Source: an uncultured Spirochaetota bacterium (GTDB taxonomy: Bacteria > Spirochaetota > Brevinematia > Brevinematales > JAOACQ01). From it: a DNA stretch of 64,000 bases. Made by a program: the position numbers and the translations under genes. The first letter of the stretch is position 1. Every line of letters starts with the position of its first letter. The stretch covers positions 160,001 through 224,000 of the forward strand of contig CAWAOD010000004.1 of NCBI GenBank assembly GCA_963783575.1. The letters are read 5' to 3'. The notes below the pieces were generated by a model. The model did not search any database. It saw nothing but the letters and a program-made list of their open reading frames with translations, and was not told where the DNA came from. Of this stretch, positions 1 through 10,577 are shown in pieces.

Positions 1-142
1 CTCCGTCAAAGAACTTCAGAACGCTTTGCAGTATATTACAGGGAATCCCGGTAATAATAAGAATAAACAGCTTGCCAATTGTTTCAATATCATAAATGAA
101 CATCTGACCCTGGCTATCAAAAAAAGAGATAAGGAAAATTAA
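1..142 (+). CDS. 3' end of a gene running in from the left edge, product unknown
   Basis: Frame 2 is open from the window start (SVKELQNALQY...KKRDKEN) to TAA at 140-142. Confidence 0.45.
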   Translation, partial: SVKELQNALQYITGNPGNNKNKQLANCFNIINEHLTLAIKKRDKEN

Positions 143-233
143 GAGCTTCCCTCCAAAGGCACAAAGTAGCGTTAAGTTTGATTATTTTTGTCCGATCTTT
201 TAAAATATCTAGCTGTATGTCTAGGGGGAATTT

Positions 234-1497
234 ATGGCTGTACTGCTCATAGAAAATAATGATTATAAAAATTTTTATCCGATCATTGAAACTAAATTTC
301 TATGGGATATCACAACCGGTATCTTTACTCCATATCAAAGATATGAAAGGCAATTTCATGATGTGAAGGTTTTTTCCTCAAGGATGAATGAAAAACCTTT
401 TTCTTACTTAAAAGATGACCTGCTTGATAAAGCTTATAATCCCGAACATAATATAAACACCATTATCAATTCACAGTTTATACCTTTTGAAAATCTTTCG
501 CCGCAAATCAACCGTATAGGTATTACAAAGGAAGGCCAGTTTGTATATATACGCCTGGAGGATATCAAACCTGATATTATTGAAATGGTATTGAATAACG
601 ATATTTCCCCTCTCTTAAAGAAATACCAGGTAAAGGAGATTGACGGAGGAATTTTTTTAAAGAATATTTCGGGACATGATCAAGAACAATTCTATGGCTA
701 TCGATTACGAAACATATCTTATCAAGAGCGACAGTAATTTTATTTCCCCCAACAACAATATTTATATCGATAAAACAGCTAAGATTCAGCAGTTTGTTTC
801 GTTACAGGCCGATAACGGGCCTATCATCATTGATAAAGGGGCGCAGGTAAGGGCATTTTCAATCATTGACGGCCCAGCATATATCGGGAAGAATACAATT
901 ATCGACAGCGCAAAGATCAGAAGCGGTACAACCATTAAAGATGTCTGCAGGATCGGAGGTGAAGTAGAGGAATCAATAATTGAAAACTATTCCAATAAGC
1001 GTCATGAAGGTTTCCTGGGCCATTCCTATGTTGGAAGCTGGGTTAATATCGGCGCTATGGCAACAACCAGCGATCTTAAGAATAATTATGGAACAGTAAG
1101 GATCCAGGTTGGGAATGATATTATCGATACACGGATGGATAAATTCGGCTCAATAATCTGCGATTATTCCAAAATCGGTATTGGTGTTATGCTGGGAACC
1201 GGAACTGTAATTGCCGGGGGATGTAATATATTCAGGGAAGAAGAGAGACTTTCTAAGTTTATCAGGCCCTTTAGCTGGGGAATGAACGATAGATATGAAA
1301 TCGAGAGGTTTATTCAGGATGAAAAGAAAATAATGGGCCGCAGGAATGTTACACTTTCCGACTCGAAAGAACGTTTTTTGCGCGGGATCTATCAAAATTC
1401 TATGGAATCGCCGGGCAATAAGCTCAATAATAATATGACAAAAGCCGCAAAACAAAAACCGGCTTCACAAAAACAAAAGGAAACTGCTAAAAAATAG
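234..1497 (+). CDS. GlmU-like sugar-phosphate nucleotidyltransferase / hexapeptide-repeat protein, split by a frameshift near 655-680
   Basis: ORFs 234..737 and 676..1497 overlap just after a T7 run; the C-terminal half has left-handed beta-helix repeats and SNKRHEGFLGHSYVGSWVNIGAMATTSDLKNNY. Confidence 0.75.
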
Positions 1498-1521
1498 TTT
1501 TCTGCAATCAATCATTATAGT

Positions 1522-2112
1522 TTATTTTTTTCTGCATATGAATTCACCGTTTCCAATCGGAACAATTAAACAGTCAAACCTGCTGTCATTTTCCGCTTTA
1601 TCGATCATCGGTTTTATTTTTTCGTAATGATTAATTGCGTTATCAGCTACTAAAAACCCATTTTTAACCAGATTCGGTGAAACGATATCAAAACATTTTT
1701 CATATATTTCCTTTTCCGCATCTAAAAAACAAAACGCAATATTATTTAATCTATTTCCTTTTTCTAAAAAATCTCCTTCAATCAATTCGACATATTTTTC
1801 AATATCAGCCATTTTAAGCGTTTCTCTCGCTAATTTTATTTTTTCCGGTAGTATTTCAAAGGTTTTGATTTTTATATTTCTTTCTTTCGCGGCCAGGGAT
1901 AACCACATTGTCGAATAACCGGCGCTTGTTCCGGTTTCAATAAATTCGCCATTCGGACAATTTGATGCAATTAAAGATATAAACTTGCCAGTTTCAGGAG
2001 GGACCTGTCTTAATCTCCGCATTCTTGGCGTTCCGTCATTTCTGTCTTTCCTGTCAATTCCCTCCAGATAGCTCATTCTTTGGAATATTTCAGGGGATAT
2101 TTCATGAAACAT
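1522..2112 (-). CDS. O-methyltransferase (class I SAM-dependent)
   Basis: IETGTSAGYSTMWL SAM motif, FLDAEK and VADN motifs. Confidence 0.85.
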   Translation of the reverse strand: MFHEISPEIFQRMSYLEGIDRKDRNDGTPRMRRLRQVPPETGKFISLIASNCPNGEFIETGTSAGYSTMWLSLAAKERNIKIKTFEILPEKIKLARETLKMADIEKYVELIEGDFLEKGNRLNNIAFCFLDAEKEIYEKCFDIVSPNLVKNGFLVADNAINHYEKIKPMIDKAENDSRFDCLIVPIGNGEFICRKK

Positions 2113-2157
2113 TTATTGACTCCATCAAAATTGCTTAATATTTTTATAATAATAAAA

Positions 2158-2664
2158 TTATTGATTTGATAAACGCATAACCCTAAGACGGTATTGGCCG
2201 AATTCACCTTTTTGATTGACGTCCTTAAAGTTTGCGGCACGGATTTTAATAATACCGCTGAAATTTGTGGCTTTTATTCCTGTTTCCGCGTTTGATATAG
2301 TTTGCCCCATTATGTAATTTACAGTAAGATCCGGTAAAACAAGAATAATAACAGGCTGAAAATTACTTGACCAGAGTTCGATTTTCAGATTTTCATTATT
2401 TGTAACATTTAATGAATATTCCTCATAATAATTTCTATATTTAAAAGTCCCAGCTTCTTCTTCATCGAATTTTGAGCCCGGATTCAGCTTACTGACAACG
2501 TCAATGCGGACTTTTGCACCGGCCGGAATATTCCAATTCTGAACAATCTGCCTGACTGAATTTCCTATAGAACCTTGAATAATTGCTCTTGTTAGAAAAT
2601 AGGCCGTAATTAGAAGAATAACAATAATTCCGCTGATCACAAATAAAACATTCCGAGTTCTCAT
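2158..2664 (-). CDS. Hypothetical membrane-anchored protein
   Basis: Likely start MRTRNVLF at 2664, followed by one TM helix and a beta-rich domain. Confidence 0.55.
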   Translation of the reverse strand: MRTRNVLFVISGIIVILLITAYFLTRAIIQGSIGNSVRQIVQNWNIPAGAKVRIDVVSKLNPGSKFDEEEAGTFKYRNYYEEYSLNVTNNENLKIELWSSNFQPVIILVLPDLTVNYIMGQTISNAETGIKATNFSGIIKIRAANFKDVNQKGEFGQYRLRVMRLSNQ

Positions 2665-2883
2665 ATAATCATCCCGGTTATTCTCCTGCCAATAGTAATC
2701 CGGAAAATATGAAAATAGTATAGGCAAATTGATAAATTAAATCAAATTTCTTGATTTCAAGAATATTATCAGTATTAAAAACTATTTACTCAAATTTTGC
2801 ATCTTCTATTGCTTAAACAGACTTAATATTGTTAAAGAATTTATAATAAATCAATTTTGATTATATAAACGGAGGATAAAAAT

Positions 2884-3381
2884 ATGAAGAGACTTTTAAA
2901 GTCAATGTTTGTGTCGGGTATTGTTGCCGGGGCAATCTTAAGCATTGCAGTGTTATCATACGCAGGTGACAATAAAGAAGGTGATAAGGGTTTTAAAGGG
3001 CCGGATGGCAGCCAGAGAATATTGAGAATGAAAGATAAGCTTGGTTTAACCGATGATCAGGTTAAAAAAATCACTGTCATATTTGATGTAGAGAAAACCG
3101 GCATGAAAGCTTTATTGAAGCAGAGGGGCGACGATCTCAAAACGCTTGGCGAAAAGGTAAAAACAGGCGCGAAAGACGAGGAATTGTTACCTTTAATTAC
3201 CGCTGTACAAACCGATAATCAAAATTTAATGACCGAAGGGAAGAAAGATTTGGATCAGGTTAAGGAAATTTTAACCCCAACCCAACAGGCAAAATGGATT
3301 TTATCAATGAACAATCGTTGGGGCCATGGAAAATTCAACCGTGAAAAAAAGAAAGAAACAGATGAAAATAAGACTTTGTAA
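2884..3381 (+). CDS. Spy/CpxP-family periplasmic protein
   Basis: Signal peptide, LGLTDDQ and ILTPTQQ (LTxxQ) motifs, GGAGG RBS. Confidence 0.8.
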   Translation: MKRLLKSMFVSGIVAGAILSIAVLSYAGDNKEGDKGFKGPDGSQRILRMKDKLGLTDDQVKKITVIFDVEKTGMKALLKQRGDDLKTLGEKVKTGAKDEELLPLITAVQTDNQNLMTEGKKDLDQVKEILTPTQQAKWILSMNNRWGHGKFNREKKKETDENKTL

Positions 3382-3413
3382 TTCAGAAATTAAATTATTT
3401 TCCTGAAATCAGC

Positions 3414-3446
3414 AGGCTGCGCCTTTAAAGGTGCAGCCTTTTTTTA
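3414..3446 (+). terminator. Rho-independent terminator
   Basis: AGGCTGCGCC-TTTAAA-GGTGCAGCCT followed by a T run, between convergent genes. Confidence 0.85.
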
Positions 3447-3541
3447 TAATTGGCTTAATTATTTTCAGCAAATTGAATAAATTAAACTTATTATTGATAT
3501 TTTTGATTTAAGTCGCACTTGAAATTATATTATAATCAATC

Positions 3542-4366
3542 CTATTTCCTTATGTTACGCCTGTATTCCCTGGGCGACATATTCATGATTTTACGAAAAT
3601 AGCGGTTGAAAAAAGAAAGATTTTGATACCCTGCGTCGAACGCTATGTCTATGATTGTCCTGTCAGTTCTTTTAAGCATCTTACAGGCCTTTTCTATCCG
3701 GATGAAATTGATAAATTCAAAAAGCGGCTTCCCGGTTCTTTCTTTAAAAGCGCGGCAGAAATATGTGGCATTCATCCCGCTTTTCCGAACAATATCATTA
3801 AATTCAAAATTATTACTGTAATTCTTTGCGATATCATCCAGGATTACTGATATCGGATCCGTTATAACGGGGGCATTCCTGTTCTCAAACCGGAAAAGCA
3901 GAATGAAAAGCTCAAGTAATTTAACCTCAATCATTACTTTTCTTTCCATGTTATATTCATTATATTCCTTCAGCAGCGACAACATTACCGGTATAATCTT
4001 ATCGGAAAAGTCTTTATTGAACAGATAACAAATCGGTTCGGTTTTATTTCGATAAAAAGGAAGCCCTCTGATAAAAATATTATCTTTACTTGTGTTAAGA
4101 ATATAACCGAGCCATGTTGAATTAAAGAATGCCCTTATAATGCGGATTTCTGCCGTAATGGCAATAGAAGAAGCTGCCTCCGGAGGTATAACTATGAGCT
4201 GTCCTTCCCTGACAACGCTTCCGCCGGTGTTAAAACGGCAGTATAGTTTTCCCTGTTGTACATATATTACCTGATAAGCTTCCCGGCATTCAAAAGACAT
4301 TTTTTCTGGATGCATAGTTAAGTCTTGAATCAGAAAAGGAAATTTCGGATCAAGGTCTGGCATCAT
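3542..4366 (-). CDS. AraC-family transcriptional regulator
   Basis: N-terminal cupin-like domain; C-terminal RIEKACKML...IAFDAGYQNLSFFNRYFRKIMNMSPREYR. Confidence 0.92.
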   Translation of the reverse strand: MMPDLDPKFPFLIQDLTMHPEKMSFECREAYQVIYVQQGKLYCRFNTGGSVVREGQLIVIPPEAASSIAITAEIRIIRAFFNSTWLGYILNTSKDNIFIRGLPFYRNKTEPICYLFNKDFSDKIIPVMLSLLKEYNEYNMERKVMIEVKLLELFILLFRFENRNAPVITDPISVILDDIAKNYSNNFEFNDIVRKSGMNATYFCRAFKERTGKPLFEFINFIRIEKACKMLKRTDRTIIDIAFDAGYQNLSFFNRYFRKIMNMSPREYRRNIRK

Positions 4367-4370
4367 AAAT

Positions 4371-6198
4371 TCATTCTATAATCCGTTCATCAGCTCTGAA
4401 TAGAATGATTTCACCCGCGTCTTCAAGACTCCGGATAATAGCGGCTATTTTCTGCTGGGCATTTTCAACTTCATGCAGTCTGATTGAGCCTATTTCCTTC
4501 ATCTCTGTAAGAACGGCCTTGCTTTCCTTCCCGGATAAATTTTTCAGCAGGTATTCCTTTACCTTTTCATTTACCGATTTTAATGCGCATGCAAGCGTTA
4601 TTACATCGGTTTCTTTAAGGACTTTCCGGATGCTTTTTTCATCAAGGATAATAATATCTTCGAAAACAAACATATTCTGTTTTAAATTCGCGGCAATTTC
4701 AGGGTTTCTGGTTTCTATGGCTTCAATTACGTTTTTCTCAATACTCCGGCTGGTATGGTTCAAAATATCCGCCGCCGCATTGACTCCTCCGGCTAAAGAT
4801 AATGATTCACCGCTTGTAATATCAAGTTTTCTTATAAGAACCCTTTCAATCCATCTGATTACATCCGGTTGGACATTGTCAAGACCGGCGATTTTTTCAA
4901 TTATTTCAGGGGCTTTATCGATTAAAACGGATAAAATCTCGGCAGCTTTCGGTCTTTCCAGATATGAAAGTATCAGCGCTATCAATTGAGGCCTTTCTCC
5001 GCTGATAAAAGTTGCCAGCAGAGCTTGAATCGCATCTGTTCAGGAAAGCAAACGGGCGTTCGGTTTTGCCTCCCTCCAGCGATGATTCTGACTTCTCCGC
5101 CGGCGCCTCTTTAAAATTTAACTGTTCGGATAATACATCCTGCCGGTCCGCGATATCCCTGATTTTTTTATCAAGGCTGTCAAATTTACCGGATATCTCG
5201 TTCATAAATCCCTTTAAAGGCTCCAATATGGGATTATTTTGATCGGTTATCTTCTGTTTTTCGAGCAGTATATTCTCAAATTCCAGAATATTTGAATTGT
5301 GATCTTCATCAATAATCAGTTCATACCTTTTCCCTGTTTTAATTTTATTCTGTTTGAATTGCGCCGCTTTCTGACCGCCGGCATTCAAAACAACCTTGCC
5401 TTTTTCATAACCGGGAAGCCTGATCAAAGTCCCTTTTTTCATCCGTAATAATTCCCTTACAGAAAGTTTATCCCCTGTTATACAGAATTTTGATTCGGCC
5501 TTTGCTCCAGCGGCAATGCGGATATTATCGGGCTTTTCCATTTTTATTCCGGAATACCAGTATTTTGCCGAAAGTTTTGGCATAATTGGCTCCAGAGTAA
5601 TATATGGATAACACAGATTCAGCCGTCCTTCAACTTTACCGATGTTCAGGAGAGTTGAAACAGTTATTACCATTGCATTTGGAGGAACAATCAGCGCGTT
5701 TTGCGGCCGTGTTTCGATTGAACGGATCATAGGTTCAAGTCCGATAACATTTGACCAGGATATTTTCAAATTTTCCAATAACTTTGAAAAGACGCCGTAC
5801 ATAACTGAAAGCTCAATATCTGTTAATTCCTGGTTTTCCATATTGCTTCCTTTCCCGCCGGTTATCCTGTTTATTACCGAATGAGTAATTACCGGAGAAA
5901 TTTCCATGAGTGATGTTCCTTTCAAAGGCTCCATTCCATTTATACTTAAAACCGTCGGGTATGCAAGTGATCTGATAAATTCCTCAAAGCTCTTTTGCTC
6001 GACAAATTCAACCTTCATATGGCACTGCAATCTCAGCATGGCTGAAAAAGTTACCGAATTAAGCCTTGCGTAAGCTTCGTGCATTAACTGCAAGGTCCTG
6101 AGCTGGTCAAACTGAAATTTATCGGGACGCCTGAAATCGTATTCTTTTACTTCATCATTCCGGCTTTTTATATTGGATTGATTTATTCCATTATTCAT
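4371..6198 (-). CDS. Probable FliM-FliG(middle+C-terminal) fusion protein with a 1-nt frameshift near 5020-5030
   Basis: 4915..6198 has FliM motifs (YDFRRPDKF, LNLCYPYITLEPI) and ends ERPFAFLNRCDS; the +1 frame continues LLATFISGERPQLIALILSYL...AGG...MFVFED...RLHEVENAQQKI, which is FliG M and C domains. Confidence 0.72.
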
Positions 6199-6201
6199 AA
6201 T

Positions 6202-6465
6202 TTATCCCTCTTTATTAACCATATTTTTTATCCTGACCGCGAAATTTTCATCAATCACAACCACCTCGCATTGAGCTACTTTTTCGCCGGACACATAAAC
6301 GTCAGCCGGCTCGCCGGCCATTTTATTCAGTTCAATGATAGTGCCCGGCCCCATGGCCGATAATTCATCCACGGTAATCATTGTTTCACCAACGGAAACC
6401 AACATCGGGACTTTGACTTCCGTCAGCCTGCTTTTTCTTTCATTATCCATAAACATCTCCTTCAT
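6202..6465 (-). CDS. fliN: FliN-like SPOA-domain switch protein
   Basis: GTIIELNKMAGEPADVYV...CEVVVIDENFAVRI matches the FliN signature. Confidence 0.85.
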   Translation of the reverse strand: MKEMFMDNERKSRLTEVKVPMLVSVGETMITVDELSAMGPGTIIELNKMAGEPADVYVSGEKVAQCEVVVIDENFAVRIKNMVNKEG

Positions 6466-6714
6466 TTAAAAAATCCTCGACACTTTAAAGTAATAAGCCC
6501 CTTTCCTTTTAACAATTTTGCCGTCCGCAATCACCTGGCCCCCTGCTTCCAATTCACAAAGGGATTCACTTTCCGGTATGGTATAATTATTATCCCTTCT
6601 GATCCGTACAATACCCATGGGGCTCAGCTCAGTCCTGTGGATCACTACATTGGGTTGTACTTTTACCCTGTCTGCGGTGGAAGTTTTTAAAAAAGACTGT
6701 ATGGCGTCTGTCAT
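6466..6714 (-). CDS. Small protein, possibly a divergent SPOA/FliN-like domain
   Basis: GGAG RBS, in operon with fliM/fliN; C-terminal GGQVIADGKIVKRKGAYYFKVSRI resembles the SPOA end. Confidence 0.55.
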   Translation of the reverse strand: MTDAIQSFLKTSTADRVKVQPNVVIHRTELSPMGIVRIRRDNNYTIPESESLCELEAGGQVIADGKIVKRKGAYYFKVSRIF

Positions 6715-6787
6715 TATAAGCTCCTTTATTTTATATTTGTATTATTAAAAATTTTCTTGTATAATCGGCATTGAATCACTGATACTG

Positions 6788-7920
6788 TTACGCTCCATCT
6801 CCCGTCAAAATATCCTCAATCATCCCGGGGTTCAGGCCGGATATAACTTCTTTGACCTGAACAGCCCGCCGTTTACCAATTATACCGGCTTTTTCCTTAA
6901 ATTTTATATTGCCGCCTATCATTACACAGACATCCGAATTAATAGAACCGGATAAACGGATAACATCCCCGCCGCGGATGCCATTCACATCCCTGAATTT
7001 TAAATCTGTTCCGCTGAGCTGTACCGACACATCAATAGCTATATCTGAAATTTGCTCCCGGATCAGTTCCAGGCTTTCCGATGATACCCCGCTTCTGACG
7101 CTGGAGTACCAGAATTGCGATGACAGCTTTGATATGATCGGTTCAATCGTCATATAAGGAATGCAGAGATTAATCATTCCTTCCACATCGCCTATCTTTG
7201 TGTCAAATGTTGTCAGTAAGACCATACTGTTATAAGGAGCGACCTGAGCGAATTGAGGGTTTGTCTCAACATTTCCGAGCCTTGGCCGCAGGTCTATCGC
7301 ATTTGCCCAAGATTCCCTGAAATTCCCCAGGAGCCTGACCAGGATGCCTTCCATTACCGGCATTTCGATATCTGTCAATTCACGGTTGGCTTTGAGCGGT
7401 TCTCCTTTCCCTCCAAAAAGCCGGTCGATCATAGCGAAAGCAATACCTGGATCGATCTCGATCACGGCGCTGCCTTTGAGCGGGTCCATATTGATTATCC
7501 CGAGCGTTGTAGGAGTCGGTATCGAACGGGTAAATTCCTCGTAGGTTAATTGATCGACTGAAACCAGGTGAGCCTGAACCATTGTCCGGAGCTGGGCTGA
7601 AAGTGATGTTGTGATAAGCCTCGCAAATGTTTCGTGCATCATCTGCATTGTCCGCATGTGGTCTTTGGAGAACCTGTCAGGCCTTCTAAAATCGTATACC
7701 TTCAGCTTTTTTTTTGCCTTTTTACCGCAGGATAACCTTCAATACGGATATTTTCCTTCTGTCCCGATTCCGCGGGATTATAATTCCCGCTTCCAACGGC
7801 TGAAAGCAAGGCATCAATTTCATCCTGAGATAGTATCTCACGAGATAGTATCTCACGAGATAGTATCTCGCGGGATAATATCTCCTGCATCTGAATTTCA
7901 GGCATAAATTCTCCATTCAT
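6788..7920 (-). CDS. fliM: Flagellar motor switch protein FliM paralogue, frameshifted in a T9 run near 7707-7715
   Basis: N-terminal LSQDEIDALL CheY-binding motif in ORF 7702..7920; after the shift KVYDFRRPDRFSKDHMRTMQMMHETFAR...ETNPQFAQ...INLCIPYMTIEPI. Confidence 0.88.
7827..7886. repeat. Four tandem 15-bp units (consensus GAGATAGTATCTCAC), in frame within the fliM 5' end
   Basis: Units at 7827, 7842, 7857 and 7872 (last one degenerate); each holds the inverted repeat GAGATA-G-TATCTC; they encode EILSR x3 then EILSQ. Confidence 0.92.
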
Positions 7921-8374
7921 GATTTATTCTATTATTATAAAACACAGCGTGTGCTGATTCCAATACTATTTTAAATAATGAATTATTATTGCAGGTTTAT
8001 AAATAAAGCAGGCTATTGAAAACGCTGGTAAGTAAGTAAGTCTTAATTTTTAAAAAAGTATTGTGAAAGATCAGGGAATAAATTTATGTGGAGGCCTGGC
8101 TTCCGGAAAGAAAGGCCCATTCACAACTTATCGGCGAAGCCCTTGTCAGGGCTTTATCCGCTTCAGGCCGTCAATTGCCTCAAAAAAAAGAACACAGGAT
8201 TCGCAATCTAATCAAGCCGGTTTATATCAGTTAACCGTTTTTTGCAATTTTTATATATTTCCGGTACACTAATTTTAGCTGGTAGAATTAAAATATTTTT
8301 CGTTAAATTGAAAGAAGTCGTCAATTATTCAATAAACCTTTCAGGCGGCATAAACTCTGATTAAAGAGGTTTTT

Positions 8375-8788
8375 ATGGCTGATAAAGTAAATGATATTAA
8401 CACCTTAATAAAAATCCTGATTGTTGATGATGATGATAATGCGCGGTTCATATTAAAAGAATTTCTCAAAGAATTTAATTGCTTTTCGATTCAGGAGGCA
8501 AAGGATGGAAGGGAGGCTGTAGGTTTAGCTTCTATAGATGATTATTCTTTAATTTTAATCGATATAAAAATGCCCAGGCTTGACGGACTTCGTGTAATCG
8601 AAGCCCTTAGAATTGTAGAACCGAACCATAAATTCATAATCATAAGCGCATATCTTAACAAAGAAAACCTTGACAAAGCAAAGAGTTTTGATATTGAAGA
8701 AAAACATATACTGGAAAAACCAATCAACTTCAAAATATTACTCTCGTCAATAGAGGATATCCTGAGGATCAAATTGGTGAGCATATAA
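8375..8788 (+). CDS. Single-domain response regulator (receiver only)
   Basis: ILIVDDD, LIDIKMPRLDG, ISA and EKP receiver motifs. Confidence 0.9.
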   Translation: MADKVNDINTLIKILIVDDDDNARFILKEFLKEFNCFSIQEAKDGREAVGLASIDDYSLILIDIKMPRLDGLRVIEALRIVEPNHKFIIISAYLNKENLDKAKSFDIEEKHILEKPINFKILLSSIEDILRIKLVSI

Positions 8789-8806
8789 GAACGGAGGCAA
8801 GGTTTT

Positions 8807-10573
8807 ATGAAGTATTACCCGTTATTACCTTTGTTCTGCTCTATTTTTGTCTTATTTTTCACCGCTAAGATTTATTATGAAAATAAAAAGAGTCCCGTCA
8901 ATCAGGCTTTTGTTATTTTATGCCTTGCCGTTTCATTTATTTCATTTACCGAGTTTATGGTAGAACAGGCTGATAATGTTAATACAGCACGTTTCTGGAT
9001 TGTGCTGAGTTCGTTCAGGGCTTTTACCATCGCTTTTCTATTTAATTTTACATTGATTTATACCGGCTCAAAACTGTTGAAGAATAAGCTGATTTATATA
9101 CTCATTTATATGCCGGCGGCGGCTCTTTGTACCGTTTTTATTTATTTCAACAGTAATATCATATTGATTAAAGAGTCATGGGGATTTTCCACTTTCCAGG
9201 GAAATTATGATAAAAATTATTTTACGGCGATCAAGTTTCTTGCTATATGGGCATCTTTTTTGATTTATTCATCATTTTTTATCGTTTTATTATATTTTTT
9301 AAAAACAAAGGATAAAAGGATAAAATTACAGTCTAAATATATCACAATTGCATTATTATTTCCGAATATGATACCGCTGATTTATATCCTGGCGCAGATA
9401 CAAAAAGCCAGAGTTCCTTTTGTTACTCCGCTGCCTGTAACGTTGATGGCTTTAATTATAGGTTATTCCATCTGGAAGCATAAACTTTTTGTATTAAATC
9501 CGGCCGCAACCGCGGAGAATATTATAACAACTATGAGGGACGCTCTATTCCTGGTTGATCCTGATGGAACAATCCGAAAAATAAACCCCGCCGTAAAAAA
9601 TATGCTTCTTTATGAGGAAAAAGAATTAATAGGTAAAACCATCATATCATTATTTGCCGATGAAGAAAAAGGGGCATTTTATAATGGCCTTTCGGAGATG
9701 ATTAAAACGGGCGGCGTTCATAATTCTGAAAATAATATTGTTACAAAATACGGGGAAAAAATTCCCGCCCTTTTTTCCTGCTCCGTGTTGAAGGATGATC
9801 TCTATAATACCGCCGGTCTTGTTTGCGTGGTAAAAGATGTTTCTGAATTGAAAAAACTGCAGGAAAAGCTTATTAAATCGGAGAAAATGTCCATTATCGG
9901 CAAGCTAAGCTCTGAATTCGCTCATGAAATAAGAAATCCTCTGAATATCATTGTCGGTTATTCCGAGATGCTGAACTATAAAAAAGATCTGAACAGCGAA
10001 ATACTCAAGGAGTACAGCAGGATAATAAATAAACAGGTGGATAAAATCAACAATCTTATAACTAACCTGTTGTTGTTTGTAAGGGATGATGATTTAAAAA
10101 GTGAAAAAACCGAAATCATATCCTTTATAAATGAATTCATTAAAGAACAAAATAAATACGGCATTATTAGTAATGAAAATATAATTTTGAATCTGGAAAC
10201 GAAAGAGGAAAAAATAGAAATGGATATCGATAAAATAAAAATGAGGCATGTCCTGGGAAATTTACTGATAAATAGTGTTGAAGCGATTAATGAAATAAGC
10301 AGAGAAAAAGGAATCATTATAATAAAGATAGAAAAAACCGGGGATAGTGTTCAAATATACTTTTATGATAACGGTTGCGGAATTGAGACAACAAATTATG
10401 ATGATTTATTTGAACCGTTTAAGACTTCCACAATATATGGAATAGGGTTTGGACTGGCCATTATTCAAAAATTCATCAAAAGCCATAACGGTAGAATCGA
10501 TGTCCGCAGTGAGCCAGGTAATTATACCGAATTTATAATTACTCTGCCCGTAATAAACATCTGTCAGGGGTAA
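8807..10573 (+). CDS. Sensor histidine kinase with N-terminal 7TM-type region and PAS
   Basis: About 7 hydrophobic helices, PAS, H-box FAHEIRNPL, N-box NLLINS, DNGCG, GIGFGL. Confidence 0.9.
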   Translation: MKYYPLLPLFCSIFVLFFTAKIYYENKKSPVNQAFVILCLAVSFISFTEFMVEQADNVNTARFWIVLSSFRAFTIAFLFNFTLIYTGSKLLKNKLIYILIYMPAAALCTVFIYFNSNIILIKESWGFSTFQGNYDKNYFTAIKFLAIWASFLIYSSFFIVLLYFLKTKDKRIKLQSKYITIALLFPNMIPLIYILAQIQKARVPFVTPLPVTLMALIIGYSIWKHKLFVLNPAATAENIITTMRDALFLVDPDGTIRKINPAVKNMLLYEEKELIGKTIISLFADEEKGAFYNGLSEMIKTGGVHNSENNIVTKYGEKIPALFSCSVLKDDLYNTAGLVCVVKDVSELKKLQEKLIKSEKMSIIGKLSSEFAHEIRNPLNIIVGYSEMLNYKKDLNSEILKEYSRIINKQVDKINNLITNLLLFVRDDDLKSEKTEIISFINEFIKEQNKYGIISNENIILNLETKEEKIEMDIDKIKMRHVLGNLLINSVEAINEISREKGIIIIKIEKTGDSVQIYFYDNGCGIETTNYDDLFEPFKTSTIYGIGFGLAIIQKFIKSHNGRIDVRSEPGNYTEFIITLPVINICQG

Positions 10574-10577
10574 TGGA

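Noticed and set aside
4405..4989. Long antisense ORFs (also 12542..12982, 53989..54462 and others)
   Set aside because: Shadows of well-supported genes on the opposite strand with no recognisable motifs
7827..7886. CRISPR array
   Set aside because: 15-bp head-to-tail units with no spacers and no cas genes; the repeat is in frame within fliM
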